This document shows positions 39,688 to 50,387 of a DNA stretch of 64,000 nucleotides, piece by piece. Position numbers and translations under genes: made by a program. Position 1 is the stretch's first letter. Every line of letters starts with the position of its first letter. Origin of the DNA: Puniceicoccales bacterium Verruco_02 (GTDB taxonomy: Bacteria > Verrucomicrobiota > Verrucomicrobiia > Opitutales > Oceanipulchritudinaceae); NCBI GenBank assembly GCA_001604585.1, contig LVBW01000003.1, positions 520 through 64,519 on the forward strand. Reading direction: 5' to 3'. The notes below the pieces were generated by a model. The model was not told the DNA's origin. It ran no database searches and saw only the letters and a program-made list of their open reading frames with translations.

Positions 39688-41037
39688 CTAAAGCACCTCA
39701 AGGTGCCTTCTTGTGAGCGCCTCCAGCTCGGCCAGCGCCCTTTGTGCGTCGGCTTCTTCCCTTGCCTCCGCCAGAAGGCGTATCTTCGGCTCGGTCCCAG
39801 AGTAGCGAACGAGCAGCCTGCCCCGCCCAAGCTTCGCTTCGATTGTAGCAAGTTCCTCCGCCCATCCGGGCAGGCAATCAAAGGGCCGCTTCTGGCGCAA
39901 TTTCAGGTTCTTCTTCACCTGCGGCCAAAGGCAAAGACTGCGGCGAAGCTCGGAAAGGGGCCTGCCCGTCTCGAACATAATATCCAGCACCTGCAAAGCG
40001 GCGAGCAGGCCGTCTCCAGTAGTGGATATATCGCGGAAGATGATGTGCCCGCTTGCCTCGCCGCCAAAGTTGCAACCGCTCTTAAGCATGTATTCCAGTA
40101 TGTAGCGGTCGCCAACTCCCACGCGCTCCACCCGGCCCCCGGCTGCCTCGATGGCCTCGTCTAGGCCGAGGTTACTCATGACCGTGGCCACCAAGGTCTT
40201 GTTGGCCAGCTTTCCCTTGGAAAGAAGATGCAGCCCGACAAGGGCCAGAACCTCGTCCCCGTCCAGCAAGTCCCCCTTCTCGTCGCAAAGCAGCACCCTG
40301 TCGGCATCTCCATCGTTTGCAATGCCCATCATTGCACCGCTACTGCGGACAAGCTCTCGCAACACTGCCGGATGCTCGCTGCCAAGGCCCTCGTTGATAT
40401 TCTCCCCATCGGGACGATCGCCCACTGTCACTAGCTCCGCCCCGTAGGCTGCAAGAACGGCCGGGGTAGTGAAGGTGGCCGCGCCGTTGGCGGTGTCGGT
40501 GGCGATCTTCCAGCCCTTGAGCGCTCCCTTTGGCAGTATGGCGGACATCTTGCGCCGGTACAAGGTGGCCGCGTCGAAGGGCGTCATGACAGGTTCCGGG
40601 TACTGCGCAGGTGCTGCCAGCACGGCGTCGATATGCGCCTCGATGGACAGCTCCACCTCGTCGGGCAACTTCAAAGCCGCGGCGGAAAAGAGCTTTATGC
40701 CGTTATCCGATGCCGGGTTGTGCGAAGCTGTCACAGCGACGCCCATCGTGGCCCCTGCGGCAGGTATGGCAAGGGCTATGGCAGGCGTTGGAGCCACGCC
40801 AGCGTCTATGCATATGCAGCCGCCGCTCGCAAGGCCCTCTGCAAGGGCCGCCACAAGGGCCGGGCCGTTGCCCCGTGTGTCCCGCCCTACGAGCACTCTG
40901 TGAGGTGCAGGCAGCCCGCCCGCCTTCATGAAGCGGGCAAGAGCCGCCCCGACCGCACGGGCAAAGTCCGGGCACATCGTGGGCGAACCGTACGCACCAC
41001 GGATGCCGTCGGTGCCAAAGTACTTGCGAGAGGCCAT
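39688..41037 (-). CDS. glmM: Phosphoglucosamine mutase
   Basis: Start at ATG 41037 (MASRKYFGTDGIRG). Active-site VAVTASHNPASDNGIKLF, metal loop GIANDGDADR, GGEASGHIIF. The track start 41193 over-extends. Confidence 0.93.
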   Translation of the reverse strand: MASRKYFGTDGIRGAYGSPTMCPDFARAVGAALARFMKAGGLPAPHRVLVGRDTRGNGPALVAALAEGLASGGCICIDAGVAPTPAIALAIPAAGATMGVAVTASHNPASDNGIKLFSAAALKLPDEVELSIEAHIDAVLAAPAQYPEPVMTPFDAATLYRRKMSAILPKGALKGWKIATDTANGAATFTTPAVLAAYGAELVTVGDRPDGENINEGLGSEHPAVLRELVRSSGAMMGIANDGDADRVLLCDEKGDLLDGDEVLALVGLHLLSKGKLANKTLVATVMSNLGLDEAIEAAGGRVERVGVGDRYILEYMLKSGCNFGGEASGHIIFRDISTTGDGLLAALQVLDIMFETGRPLSELRRSLCLWPQVKKNLKLRQKRPFDCLPGWAEELATIEAKLGRGRLLVRYSGTEPKIRLLAEAREEADAQRALAELEALTRRHLEVL

Positions 41038-41077
41038 ATCGAGAAAGCTTGTGGGAATTGTTCTACTGGCAAAATCC

Positions 41078-42157
41078 TTACTGCGAAGGCAGCTCCCTGA
41101 ACAGGGTCGTTGCCTTGTCCAGCCACTGCGCCACCGGGCCGCCGCAGAGCAGCTCCCGCGCCTTGTGCGTGCCCTCGCGAATGTCGGCCACATCGCCCAG
41201 TATCCACAGTGCGGCCCCGGCGTTCAGGGATATTGTATCGGCAAGGCCCCGCGGGCCGCCACCGCGCACAAGCTCGTGCAAAGTGGCCACATTCTCCTGC
41301 GCGCTGCGTCCGCATAGCTCCACCGCCTCGCAACGCTCAAGGCCCAGATTGTCGGGCGTCCAGGTTACGTCCACATCGGCCAGCCTGCCAAAGCCGCAGA
41401 TGCTGTTCTCGCCCGCACTGGAAAACTCGTCCATCCCCGTCCTCTCATCCAGCCTGCCGTGAACAACAAGGCCCGAAACAAGGCCAAGTTCGCCAAGAGC
41501 AGCCGCAAGGGGCCTTACCCAGCTCCGGGCAAATACGCCCAGAAGCTCGTAGGCAGGACGGGCGGGGTTAATCAACGGCCCGAGTATATTGAAAATAGTC
41601 CGCATACCCTCTGCCGCCAGAGCTTTGCGCACCGGGGCAATCTCCTTGAACGCGGGGTGGAAGTTCGGCGCAAAGAGGAAGCAGAAATTCAGCTCATCCA
41701 TGCAACGGCGAAGAACGGTAAGATCCGCCGTCCTCGGCACTCCCAGTTCGCCAAGAAAGTCCGCCGAGCCGCTCTGCGAAGTAATGGCCCTGTTGCCATG
41801 CTTGATCACAGGAAAGCCCGCCGCAGCCACAACCATGGCCGACACGCTGGAAATGTTGTAGCTGCCCGAGCTACTCCCACCCGTGCCCACAACGTCGATG
41901 GCGCGGGGCGCGATGTCCTCAAGACCGGTGCCTCTTGCAAGCCCCCTGAAAGTGGCGGCAAAGGCAGCCACCTCCTCGGCCGTCTCGCCCTTGCGCGTCA
42001 GGGCAAGAAGGAAGCTCCTCTTGTCCTCCAGCGACACCTCCGCACGGGCCAGCTCCAGCGCCGCGTCGCGGGCCTCGTCGCGGCTGAGGTTTCCGCCTGC
42101 GGCCAGCTTGGCCGTGATTGAGAGAAGCATGTTCATGCAGGCTTGGATAATGGGCAT
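41078..42157 (-). CDS. trpD: Anthranilate phosphoribosyltransferase
   Basis: DVVGTGGSSSGSYNISS, VIKHGNRAITSQSGSADFL, NILGPLINP. Start uncertain (ATG 42157 or 42136). No other trp genes nearby. Confidence 0.9.
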   Translation of the reverse strand: MPIIQACMNMLLSITAKLAAGGNLSRDEARDAALELARAEVSLEDKRSFLLALTRKGETAEEVAAFAATFRGLARGTGLEDIAPRAIDVVGTGGSSSGSYNISSVSAMVVAAAGFPVIKHGNRAITSQSGSADFLGELGVPRTADLTVLRRCMDELNFCFLFAPNFHPAFKEIAPVRKALAAEGMRTIFNILGPLINPARPAYELLGVFARSWVRPLAAALGELGLVSGLVVHGRLDERTGMDEFSSAGENSICGFGRLADVDVTWTPDNLGLERCEAVELCGRSAQENVATLHELVRGGGPRGLADTISLNAGAALWILGDVADIREGTHKARELLCGGPVAQWLDKATTLFRELPSQ

Positions 42158-42282
42158 TCGCCGCAGGTTCAAACCTTCTCTGAAACTGCATAGAGCGAAA
42201 CGCTTGCCCAAGGGGCAAATGCATCACATTGTATGCATATTCCGGCCCTGCGGGCCGTGCTCTTGCGCATCATTAAACGCAG

Positions 42283-42861
42283 ATGAAAGAATTTCTAAGC
42301 AAGTTGTTTGGCAGGGTGAACGCAACGAATGCCAAAAAAGGACCAGAGAGCACCGCGCCACAAGCTCAGGCGCCCGAAGAACCAAGAGGCCCCATAGCAA
42401 GGGAGCCAGAACTGGAAAAAGCCGCCCCTGAACACGAAAAACCCTGGATAGGAGTGGACCTTGACGGCACGCTGGCCCGCTTTGGCACCTGGCACGGCTT
42501 CGAGCACATCGGCCGCCCCATACCCGGCATGAAGGCAAGGGTTCTCGAATGGCTGGAACAGGGGTACAGGGTCAAGATATTCACTGCCCGAGCCTCTGTG
42601 CCCCAAGGCGTTGAGCCAATCAAAAAGTGGCTGGCCGAGAACGGCTTCCCCGATCTTGAAATCACCTGCGTCAAGGACTTCCACATGCTTGAGCTGTGGG
42701 ACGACCGCGCAATACAGGTTGTGGCCAACAGCGGCAGCCCAGTGCTAAGTGCCAAGTATGCCGCCCTGCCCAAGGCCCCGCTCTTCGGCCTCGAACGCAC
42801 CCCCCACGGCAAGGCCGCCCAAGAAGAGATGAGTAAAGAGGCTGCACCGCCCGCTCAATAA
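42283..42861 (+). CDS. HAD-superfamily-like small phosphatase/nucleotidase-type protein
   Basis: Disordered N-terminus, then WIGVDLDGTLA (DxDGT motif), KIFTARAS and ELWDDRA. Family assignment is tentative. Confidence 0.45.
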   Translation: MKEFLSKLFGRVNATNAKKGPESTAPQAQAPEEPRGPIAREPELEKAAPEHEKPWIGVDLDGTLARFGTWHGFEHIGRPIPGMKARVLEWLEQGYRVKIFTARASVPQGVEPIKKWLAENGFPDLEITCVKDFHMLELWDDRAIQVVANSGSPVLSAKYAALPKAPLFGLERTPHGKAAQEEMSKEAAPPAQ

Positions 42862-43058
42862 CGCCCCATAACAGCAGGCAGGCAGCATTTGCAAAGTGTT
42901 AAGCACAGCCTGTTTGTTCCGTATCAACAGTCATTGGCAGCAAGCCCCCTCGACTGCGAACTCCTTCAGCGTTTCAACATACCCCGAACCCGCCCCGCGG
43001 CCCCAACGCCCGGCCGACAGAAGCATACCCCCGGCGACGATTCAGCCGCCAACCCCAT

Positions 43059-45260
43059 ATGTCACTGAGGCACAAGACCATACTGTTTGTCGCGCTAGTT
43101 CTCGCCATTCAGTTCGGCGGCCTGCTCCTTCTGGTCTTCCATACGCAGATGGAAGGCTTTGCACAACTGGAGGACGAGTTTATAGCCAAAAGCTGCGACA
43201 AGCTGCGCAACGCCGTCACTCAAGAAACCCGATCCTTGGCAAGAATTACGCAGGACTACCTGCGCTGGGACGATAGCTGGGCATTTATCGAAAGCGGCGA
43301 CGAGAGCTTTGTACATGCAAACTTCAGCGAAGAATCGATGGCGAACCTCGGGCTGGACATCTGCATATACATGCGTAACGAGGGAACCCTGCTAGCCGGG
43401 CTGGCAATCGACATGGAGACAGGAGCCTTCGCTAATGTGCCGGACTCTGTGCTGGCGCTTCTGGACGCGCGCCTCGGCCCGGCTTCGCCTGATAGGCAGC
43501 CACTTCCAATGAGCGACATTGCCGCACTGCCCGAAGGAGTGCTCTTTTTCGCCATACAGCCTGCCACCATGTCCGACGGCAGTGGACCCATCAATGGCTT
43601 TGCCCTCTTTGGCCGCTGGCTGGACATGGACATGCTGGCCCGCTTCGAGGAAACCAGCCACCTGAGCCTTTCACAGGCCCCGGACGGCATGGACTGGCCC
43701 GAATCGTCGGACCAGATCGAAAGGCCCGAAAAGAACCTTGCCCGTATAAGCATCAGCATTCTGGACAGCAAGGGGGGGAGAGTCTGCCTCATAATCGCAG
43801 GGACCGAGCGCAGCATATACACCCACGGGCAAAAGCTCTCCAAAGCATTCATACTCTGGGCAATGGGCCTCACGCTTCTCGAATCGCTCATCATCCTGCT
43901 CCTCATGCACAAGCTGGTGTTACGCCGCCTCTTCGGCCTAAGCGCGCAGCTACGCAGCATAACGAGCAGGGGAGACTCTTCCGTCCGCTTGCAGGAAGAC
44001 TCCCATGACGAGCTTGGCACACTGGCGGCGGACATGAACGAGCTGCTGGGCAGGCTGCACCAGACAGAGGAAGGCCTGCGCGAGAGCATCGCCAAGGAAA
44101 AGTCCGCCAGCCGGGCCAAGAGCCAGTTCCTGGCCAACATGAGTCACGAGATACGCACCCCCATGAACGGCATCATGGGAATGCTGCAACTTCTTGAGGA
44201 CACAGAGCTTGGCAAGACTCAGTTGGGCTATGTGACCACGATCGGCTCTTCCTGCGAGGTGCTGATGACGGTTATCAACGACATACTCAACCTCTCCAAG
44301 GTGGAGTCCGACGCTGTGCCTCTGGCCCGCGAGCCGATACTGCTCCAACCACTGCTCGACGAGGTGATGGGCATAGCGGCCACTCTTGGCGACACCAAGA
44401 AGCTGACCCTGGCCTGCGAGCCGGCACCGGACCTGCCAACGGCCATCACCTGCGACCCCAACCGCCTCAAGCAGGTGCTGCTGAACCTGCTTTCCAACGC
44501 CTGCAAGTTCACTGAAAAAGGCCACGTAAAGCTTAAGGTAAGCCCCGTCGCTGTGAACAAGAGCGGATACGAACTGCTATTCGAGGTCGAGGACACGGGC
44601 ATAGGCATAGCAAAGGAGCTTCAGGAGCGCATATTTGAACCCTTCGTGCAGATAGACTCCTCCTTCACTCGCAAGAGCGGTGGCACAGGGCTGGGCCTGA
44701 CCATATGCCGCAACCTGGTCCGCCAGATGGGCGGCAGCATCAGCGTCGAGAGCGCCCCGCGCAAGGGAGCGACCTTTCGCTTCAGCCTGAAAAGCCCCCT
44801 GACGGCAGAGACGCAGATTCATAAAAAGAACGAAGCCCTCTTTGACCCCGAAACCGCGGCAAAGCATCCGCTGAGAATCCTGCTCGCCGAGGACAACAAC
44901 ATTAACAAGACCGTGGCGCTGGCCATGCTGCGCAAGATGGGCTACTCGGCCGACCTTGCCAGCAACGGCATGGAGGCGCACAACATGGCCCTCGAGGGCG
45001 GCTACGATGTCATCCTGATGGACGTGCAGATGCCCCTGATGGACGGCCTCGAAGCAACGGAGCGCATCCGGCGCAGGCTGCCCCGCGACAAGCAGCCCAT
45101 AATAATTGCCCTGACGGCCCACGCCCTGCCAGACGAGGTGGAACGTTGCCTGAAGGCAGGCATGTGGAGGCACATGAACAAGCCCTTGAAAGTCCACATT
45201 CTGCACGAAGTGCTGGTGGATGCGTGGAAGGAACTTGCCAATCACAGGCAGGGAAGCTGA
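43059..45260 (+). CDS. Hybrid sensor histidine kinase / response regulator
   Basis: TM, an extracytoplasmic sensor region (CHASE4-like by recollection: ITQDYLRWDDSWAFIE), second TM. H-box SHEIRTPMNGI, N box LLSNACKFT, G boxes DTGIGI/GGTGLGL. C-terminal receiver ILLAEDNNINK...DVILMDVQMPLMDG. Confidence 0.9.
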   Translation: MSLRHKTILFVALVLAIQFGGLLLLVFHTQMEGFAQLEDEFIAKSCDKLRNAVTQETRSLARITQDYLRWDDSWAFIESGDESFVHANFSEESMANLGLDICIYMRNEGTLLAGLAIDMETGAFANVPDSVLALLDARLGPASPDRQPLPMSDIAALPEGVLFFAIQPATMSDGSGPINGFALFGRWLDMDMLARFEETSHLSLSQAPDGMDWPESSDQIERPEKNLARISISILDSKGGRVCLIIAGTERSIYTHGQKLSKAFILWAMGLTLLESLIILLLMHKLVLRRLFGLSAQLRSITSRGDSSVRLQEDSHDELGTLAADMNELLGRLHQTEEGLRESIAKEKSASRAKSQFLANMSHEIRTPMNGIMGMLQLLEDTELGKTQLGYVTTIGSSCEVLMTVINDILNLSKVESDAVPLAREPILLQPLLDEVMGIAATLGDTKKLTLACEPAPDLPTAITCDPNRLKQVLLNLLSNACKFTEKGHVKLKVSPVAVNKSGYELLFEVEDTGIGIAKELQERIFEPFVQIDSSFTRKSGGTGLGLTICRNLVRQMGGSISVESAPRKGATFRFSLKSPLTAETQIHKKNEALFDPETAAKHPLRILLAEDNNINKTVALAMLRKMGYSADLASNGMEAHNMALEGGYDVILMDVQMPLMDGLEATERIRRRLPRDKQPIIIALTAHALPDEVERCLKAGMWRHMNKPLKVHILHEVLVDAWKELANHRQGS

Positions 45261-45285
45261 TTCCTAGCCAGTATGGGGAAAGCCC

Positions 45286-46077
45286 TTACGACCTACGCCT
45301 GCGTACGATGCCAAATCCCAGAGCGGCCAAACCGGCAAATGCCGCAAGAGTGGATGGCTCGGGAACGGCAGTGAAATTGTCGAGCGTCGGGCTGCCCGAT
45401 GAGTCGAAGTAGAAAAATGCATGCAGCGACGAGTCGCTGGCCAGTCCGCTGTTCGCAAAAATCTGTGTGCCAGCAAGTATGGCATCCCCGGCGCTTCCAT
45501 CGCCATTGAGCTGAAAAGCCGAATAGGTCGCTAGAAAGTCCGAACCGTCATAGTTGACAGTCAGGGTGAGGAGCAACCAGTCGCCGTTGCTGTAAGCGGC
45601 GGGTGAAGGCACGGTGTTTAGCAGCGTGGAGTTGTCCCAGTAGCCAAGATCCGATCCAGAGGAATCAGCTGTGGAGTTCAGGTCGATGTACTGGCTGTCG
45701 GAATTGACGCCGAACAATATGGAATGCTCGGGATATATGATGTTGCCGTCTGGATTAGCAGAATTTGTGAAGCCGATGCCGCAGTATGTATTCGCCTTGA
45801 TGAAGGCACTGACGGTGTAATCCTGCCCACTGGCAAAAGTAATACCCTCGTTCAGAACCCAGGACTGGCCATCGAAGGACGAGTTCATCTGAATGGCACC
45901 GCTACCGTCAAAGCCACCGTCAGCAGTGTAGCTCGCGCTGCTGGACGAGTTCCCAAAGGATATGATTACGTTGAAAAGTGAGCTGTCGGCAGGATAGTCG
46001 AAATTGACGCTCACAGGATACACGGTGCTGGCGAATGCTAATGATGCGGCAAGGACGGCGATGAGATGTCTTTTCAT
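45286..46077 (-). CDS. PEP-CTERM sorting-domain secreted protein
   Basis: Signal peptide MKRHLIAVLAASLAFA, Ser/Asn/Gly-rich beta-type body, C-terminal VPEPSTLAAFAGLAALGFGIVRRRRS (PEP motif + TM + basic tail). Confidence 0.85.
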   Translation of the reverse strand: MKRHLIAVLAASLAFASTVYPVSVNFDYPADSSLFNVIISFGNSSSSASYTADGGFDGSGAIQMNSSFDGQSWVLNEGITFASGQDYTVSAFIKANTYCGIGFTNSANPDGNIIYPEHSILFGVNSDSQYIDLNSTADSSGSDLGYWDNSTLLNTVPSPAAYSNGDWLLLTLTVNYDGSDFLATYSAFQLNGDGSAGDAILAGTQIFANSGLASDSSLHAFFYFDSSGSPTLDNFTAVPEPSTLAAFAGLAALGFGIVRRRRS

Positions 46078-46210
46078 TGTGAGGTGTTGGTTTCAGAGGC
46101 AATGAAAGGCATTTTCTGAGCCTGTTCAAACAGACAAAACACATAACTCTGCATATAAACGGGATAATTGCGCTAACCAAGCTCTTGTGCTCTGATTGAG
46201 GGCAGGCCAC

Positions 46211-49045
46211 ATGGAACAGGGACACATACGCATCAAGGGCGCGCGCGAGCACAACCTCAAGAACATCGACCTTGAGCTGCCCCGCGGGAAGTTCATCGTA
46301 GTCACCGGTGTGTCCGGCTCTGGCAAGTCCTCGCTCGCCTTCGACACCATTTACGCCGAAGGCTACCGCAAATACATAGACAGCCTCTCCACCCGCGCAC
46401 GCGCCCTGATGGAACAGGTCCATAGACCCGACCTCGACTTTATCGAGGGCCTATCGCCCGTAATAGCCATCGGCCAGCGCAGCCGCTCGCCCGCCAACCC
46501 GCGCAGCACCGTGGCCACGGTAAGCGAAATTGCCGACTATGCCCGCCTTCTCTGGGCAATGTGTGGAACGCAGCTCTGCCCTCTTGACGGAGCACCCGTC
46601 ATCCGCCGCAGTCTCGACGACTGCGTGCAGCGCGTCCTTGAGGAACCCGAGGGCAGCCGCCTTGTAATCCTAGCCCCGCACATGGTGGCAAAGACGAGCG
46701 TACTTACCGACGAAATCGCCCACCTTCGCCAGCAGGGCTGGCAGAGGCTACGCATCGACGGGGCTTTGCACGAAATAGACGAGCGCGACATCCTACCCAA
46801 AACCCGCGCCGAGGTGCAGCTCGACATAGTGATAGACCGCATAGTGCTCGCTCCCGACCAGAGGGGCCGCATAGCGGACTCGCTAGAACTGGCCTTTCGC
46901 GAAGGGCAGGACCGCGCCATTGTCCTTGCGCAAAAGGACCGCGACGCCCCCTTTGTCGAAATCGCCCTGGCCCGCAACCTTTCCTGCACAAAGTGCGGCA
47001 CCGTGTATGAACAAGTAACTTCGCGCAGCTTTTCCTACAACCTGCCCGAGGGCGCCTGCACGGAATGCGGCGGCCTTGGCCGCGTCATGCGCTTTGACGA
47101 GTCGCTCCTAGTCCCCGACCCGAAGCTCTGCGTCAAAAAGGGCGCGATTAAGCCCTTCCGCATCGGGTCCAAGAAGATGATCATCCGCTACAACGCACTG
47201 TTAAAGCAGCTCGCAGAGCAGCTTCCCTACGACGCCGAGGCCCCCTGGGAAGAGCTGCCCGAAGATGTGCGCCACATCATCATGCACGGCAGCGGAGAGC
47301 GGCAGTTCGACTTCAAACTGCGCGGTGGCAAGCGAAAGCCCGAACGCATGGCCTTCCCCGGCGTAATGCCGGAGCTTGAACGCAGCCGCGCCGAGACTTC
47401 TAGCGAGGGCCTGCGCGCGCGCCTCATGGCATTTACGACAAACGCCCCCTGCCCTGCCTGCGGCGGGCGCAAGCTGCGGCCCGAGTCGCTGGCGGTAAAG
47501 CTCGACGGGCTGGACTATGAGGCGTTCATGGCGATGGACCTTGCGGCCGCGCTCGACTACGTGCGCGCCCTGCCAAAGAGGGTGCAGGGCGTGGCGCGGG
47601 TGGAAGAGGCGTGGAAGGGGCTGGAGCAGCGCCTTTCCTTCCTCGTGGAGATGGGCCTCGACTACCTATCCCTCGACCGCGAGTACAGCACTCTTTCCGG
47701 CGGCGAGGCGAGGCGCGTAAGGCTCGCCACCCAGCTTGGCATGGGCCTAGTAGGCGTTATTTACGTCCTCGACGAGCCGACTATCGGCCTGCACGCGCAC
47801 GACACCCGCCTATTAATCCAGCGCCTGCAAACGCTAAAGGAACGCGGCAACACGGTGCTCGTTGTCGAGCACGACCCGGACCTAATCCGCGCTGCGGAGC
47901 ACCTTGTGGAAATCGGCCCCGGTGCGGGCGCATCGGGCGGGCACCTGCTCTTTCAGGGGACTCCTGCCGATGCGCAAGGTTCGCCCCGCTCTCTGGCCGG
48001 TCCCTATCTATCGGGCCGCGCAAGGGTGGAGCGCAACGCGGAGCGCCTTGCCCCGACGGGCGACTGGCTCTGCGTCCACGGCGCGGCAGAGCACAACCTG
48101 AAGAGCATCGACGCGGCCTTCCCGGTTGGCCTTTTCACGGCGGTTACGGGGGTCTCCGGCAGCGGCAAGAGCACGCTAGTAAACGGCATTCTGGCCGAGG
48201 CTGCCGCGCGAAAGCTCAACGGCGCAAAAAGCATTCCGGGCCGTCACAGGGGCATTTCGGGCCTCGAACACTTCGACACGCTCGTTCGCGTGGACCAGAG
48301 CCCCATCGGGCAGAGTCCGCGCAGCAATCCGGCCACTTTCACAAAGACTTTCGACCTGCTCCGCACCCTGTATTCGCAAACTCCCCTTTCCAAGATTCGT
48401 GGCTACGGACCGGCCCGCTTCAGCTTCAACATGCGCGGCGGACGCTGCGAGCACTGCGGGGGCGACGGGCAGATCAAGCTCGACATGCAGTTCCTAGCCG
48501 ACGTTTACGTGGAATGCCCCAGCTGTCACGGGATGCGCTACAACCGCGAGACTCTTGAGGTGCGCTACAAGGGCGTATCCATAGGCGAGGCACTGAACCT
48601 GAGCGTGGACGAGGCTTACGAGCTGTTCAAGGCCGCGCCAAAGCTAGCGCAAAAGCTCGGCACGATGAGGGCCGTGGGCCTTGGCTACCTGAAGCTTGGC
48701 CAGAGTGCGGACACCCTTTCCGGGGGCGAGGCGCAGAGGCTGAAGCTTTCGCTGGAATTGTCGCGCCGCACTCAGGGACGCGCCCTGTACATTCTCGACG
48801 AGCCGACAACTGGCCTGCACTGGGCGGACATACAGCTACTGATCGACCTGCTTTTCAAGCTGCGCGACGCGGGCAACACAATCATCGTAATAGAGCACAA
48901 CACGGACCTCATCAAACTGGCCGACTGGGTGCTGGACCTAGGTCCCGGCGGTGGCCGCAGGGGCGGAACGCTGGTCTATTCCGGCACAGTGGCAGGGCTT
49001 GGCGACAGCAAGGAATCCCTGACAGGCCAAACGCTGCTCTTCTGA
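46211..49045 (+). CDS. uvrA: Excinuclease ABC subunit A
   Basis: [21 protein letters not shown], two ABC modules ([43 protein letters not shown]) and zinc modules (CTKCG...[20 protein letters not shown]...CPSCHG). The track start 46196 is TTG. Confidence 0.97.
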   Translation: MEQGHIRIKGAREHNLKNIDLELPRGKFIVVTGVSGSGKSSLAFDTIYAEGYRKYIDSLSTRARALMEQVHRPDLDFIEGLSPVIAIGQRSRSPANPRSTVATVSEIADYARLLWAMCGTQLCPLDGAPVIRRSLDDCVQRVLEEPEGSRLVILAPHMVAKTSVLTDEIAHLRQQGWQRLRIDGALHEIDERDILPKTRAEVQLDIVIDRIVLAPDQRGRIADSLELAFREGQDRAIVLAQKDRDAPFVEIALARNLSCTKCGTVYEQVTSRSFSYNLPEGACTECGGLGRVMRFDESLLVPDPKLCVKKGAIKPFRIGSKKMIIRYNALLKQLAEQLPYDAEAPWEELPEDVRHIIMHGSGERQFDFKLRGGKRKPERMAFPGVMPELERSRAETSSEGLRARLMAFTTNAPCPACGGRKLRPESLAVKLDGLDYEAFMAMDLAAALDYVRALPKRVQGVARVEEAWKGLEQRLSFLVEMGLDYLSLDREYSTLSGGEARRVRLATQLGMGLVGVIYVLDEPTIGLHAHDTRLLIQRLQTLKERGNTVLVVEHDPDLIRAAEHLVEIGPGAGASGGHLLFQGTPADAQGSPRSLAGPYLSGRARVERNAERLAPTGDWLCVHGAAEHNLKSIDAAFPVGLFTAVTGVSGSGKSTLVNGILAEAAARKLNGAKSIPGRHRGISGLEHFDTLVRVDQSPIGQSPRSNPATFTKTFDLLRTLYSQTPLSKIRGYGPARFSFNMRGGRCEHCGGDGQIKLDMQFLADVYVECPSCHGMRYNRETLEVRYKGVSIGEALNLSVDEAYELFKAAPKLAQKLGTMRAVGLGYLKLGQSADTLSGGEAQRLKLSLELSRRTQGRALYILDEPTTGLHWADIQLLIDLLFKLRDAGNTIIVIEHNTDLIKLADWVLDLGPGGGRRGGTLVYSGTVAGLGDSKESLTGQTLLF

Positions 49046-49050
49046 ACGGA

Positions 49051-49132
49051 GTTATACGGAGCTTATCGAGTTATACGGATTTCTTGTAAATCGCGATAAA
49101 CTACGGTAAACTCTGATAATATCCGTATAAAC
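49051..49132 (+). promoter_or_regulatory. Repeated TTATACGGA motif (2 direct + 1 inverted copy), a putative operator upstream of the ATPase gene
   Basis: GTTATACGGA at 49051-49060 and 49070-49079. Inverted TCCGTATAA at 49122-49130, ending 6 nt before ATG 49137. Confidence 0.4.
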
Positions 49133-49136
49133 GCTC

Positions 49137-50330
49137 ATGAATCCCGTAGAAAACCCCTTTTCGCCGGGTGCTGGCACCCAGCCTCCCGAACTGGCAGGCC
49201 GCGACGAACTTGTCCGTTACATGGACATTTCCCTGCAAAGGGTAATCATGAGCCTGCCGAGCAAAAGCGTGCTCATGGTAGGACTGCGAGGAGTGGGTAA
49301 AACTGTGCTGCTTGACCACCTAAGAGGCCGCGCCGAGGAACTTGGCGCTCAAACAATACGCATCGAGGCCCCGGAGCGCCGTTCCCTGCCTGCAATGCTG
49401 GCCCCACAGCTGCGGCAGGCACTATACCGACTTTCCCGAAATGAAAAAGCTGGAGAGCTTGCCCAACGCACGCTCAAAGCCCTGGCAGGTTTCGTCAAGG
49501 GCCTGAAGCTGAAGTATCAGGACATCGAACTGAGCTACGACATAGAGCCAGAGCCGGGCCTTGCCGACAGCGGAGACTTGGAGTTCGACCTAATCACGCT
49601 GATGGAATGTGCGGGACAAGCGGCCAAGTCGGCAAACTCCGCCCTTATCTTGTTTATCGACGAACTCCAATACGTTAAGGAAGAGGAGCTTGCATCCCTC
49701 ATAAGCTCCATGCACCGCATGTCCCAACAGAGACTGCCCGTCTGCATGGTCGGGGCGGGGCTTCCGCAACTTCGCGGCAAGATGGGCAAGGCCAAGTCCT
49801 ACGCAGAGCGCCTGTTCGAGTTCCCTGTAATCGGCCCGCTGGACGAGGAGTCAGCCCGTCTGGCCATATACAAACCCCTGCATGACGCCGGAGTGAAAAT
49901 AGAGGATGCGGCGCTAGACCTGATTGTAAAAGAAACCAAAGCCTACCCCTACTTCCTTCAGGAATGGGGCAAGCACTCATGGGACGTCGCGGAAACATCC
50001 CCTATTCGTGTGGAAGATGTACTATTTGCCTCCCGCTGCGCGATAGATACCCTCGACGAAAGCTTCTTCCGCGTGCGCTTCGACAGGTTGACTCCCCTTG
50101 AAAGGCGATACCTGCGAGCAATGGCCGAGCTTGGGCCTCTGCCCCAGAGATCGGGCGATATAGCAGAGCTGCTGAAGCGGCCCGTAACTTCCCTTGGCCC
50201 GACGCGGAACAACCTCATATCCAAAGGCATGATTTGGAGTCCGCAGCACGGCGACACGGCGTTCACCGTTCCCCTGTTCGACGAATTCATGAAAAGGGTC
50301 ATCCCCGGCGACAACTGGCGCGATGAATAG
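49137..50330 (+). CDS. AAA-type ATPase (Orc1/archaeal-ATPase-like P-loop) with C-terminal winged-helix-like region
   Basis: Walker A LMVGLRGVGKTVLL, Walker B ALILFIDELQY. C-terminal LTPLERRYLRAMAELGPLPQRSGDIAELL resembles a wHTH. Confidence 0.62.
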   Translation: MNPVENPFSPGAGTQPPELAGRDELVRYMDISLQRVIMSLPSKSVLMVGLRGVGKTVLLDHLRGRAEELGAQTIRIEAPERRSLPAMLAPQLRQALYRLSRNEKAGELAQRTLKALAGFVKGLKLKYQDIELSYDIEPEPGLADSGDLEFDLITLMECAGQAAKSANSALILFIDELQYVKEEELASLISSMHRMSQQRLPVCMVGAGLPQLRGKMGKAKSYAERLFEFPVIGPLDEESARLAIYKPLHDAGVKIEDAALDLIVKETKAYPYFLQEWGKHSWDVAETSPIRVEDVLFASRCAIDTLDESFFRVRFDRLTPLERRYLRAMAELGPLPQRSGDIAELLKRPVTSLGPTRNNLISKGMIWSPQHGDTAFTVPLFDEFMKRVIPGDNWRDE

Positions 50331-50387
50331 GGCTGGCCAACATGCACCCTCGTCAGCAATAATGCTCGGGCAGTCCTTCCTCCACGC

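Noticed and set aside
46122-46133. Palindrome CTGTT-CA-AACAG about 78 nt upstream of uvrA as a possible LexA/SOS box
   Set aside because: The arms are only 5 bp. It matches neither the CTGT-N8-ACAG spacing nor, beyond one half-site, the TGTTC-N4-GAACA motif I recall for Verrucomicrobia. No similar site lies upstream of ruvB in this window.
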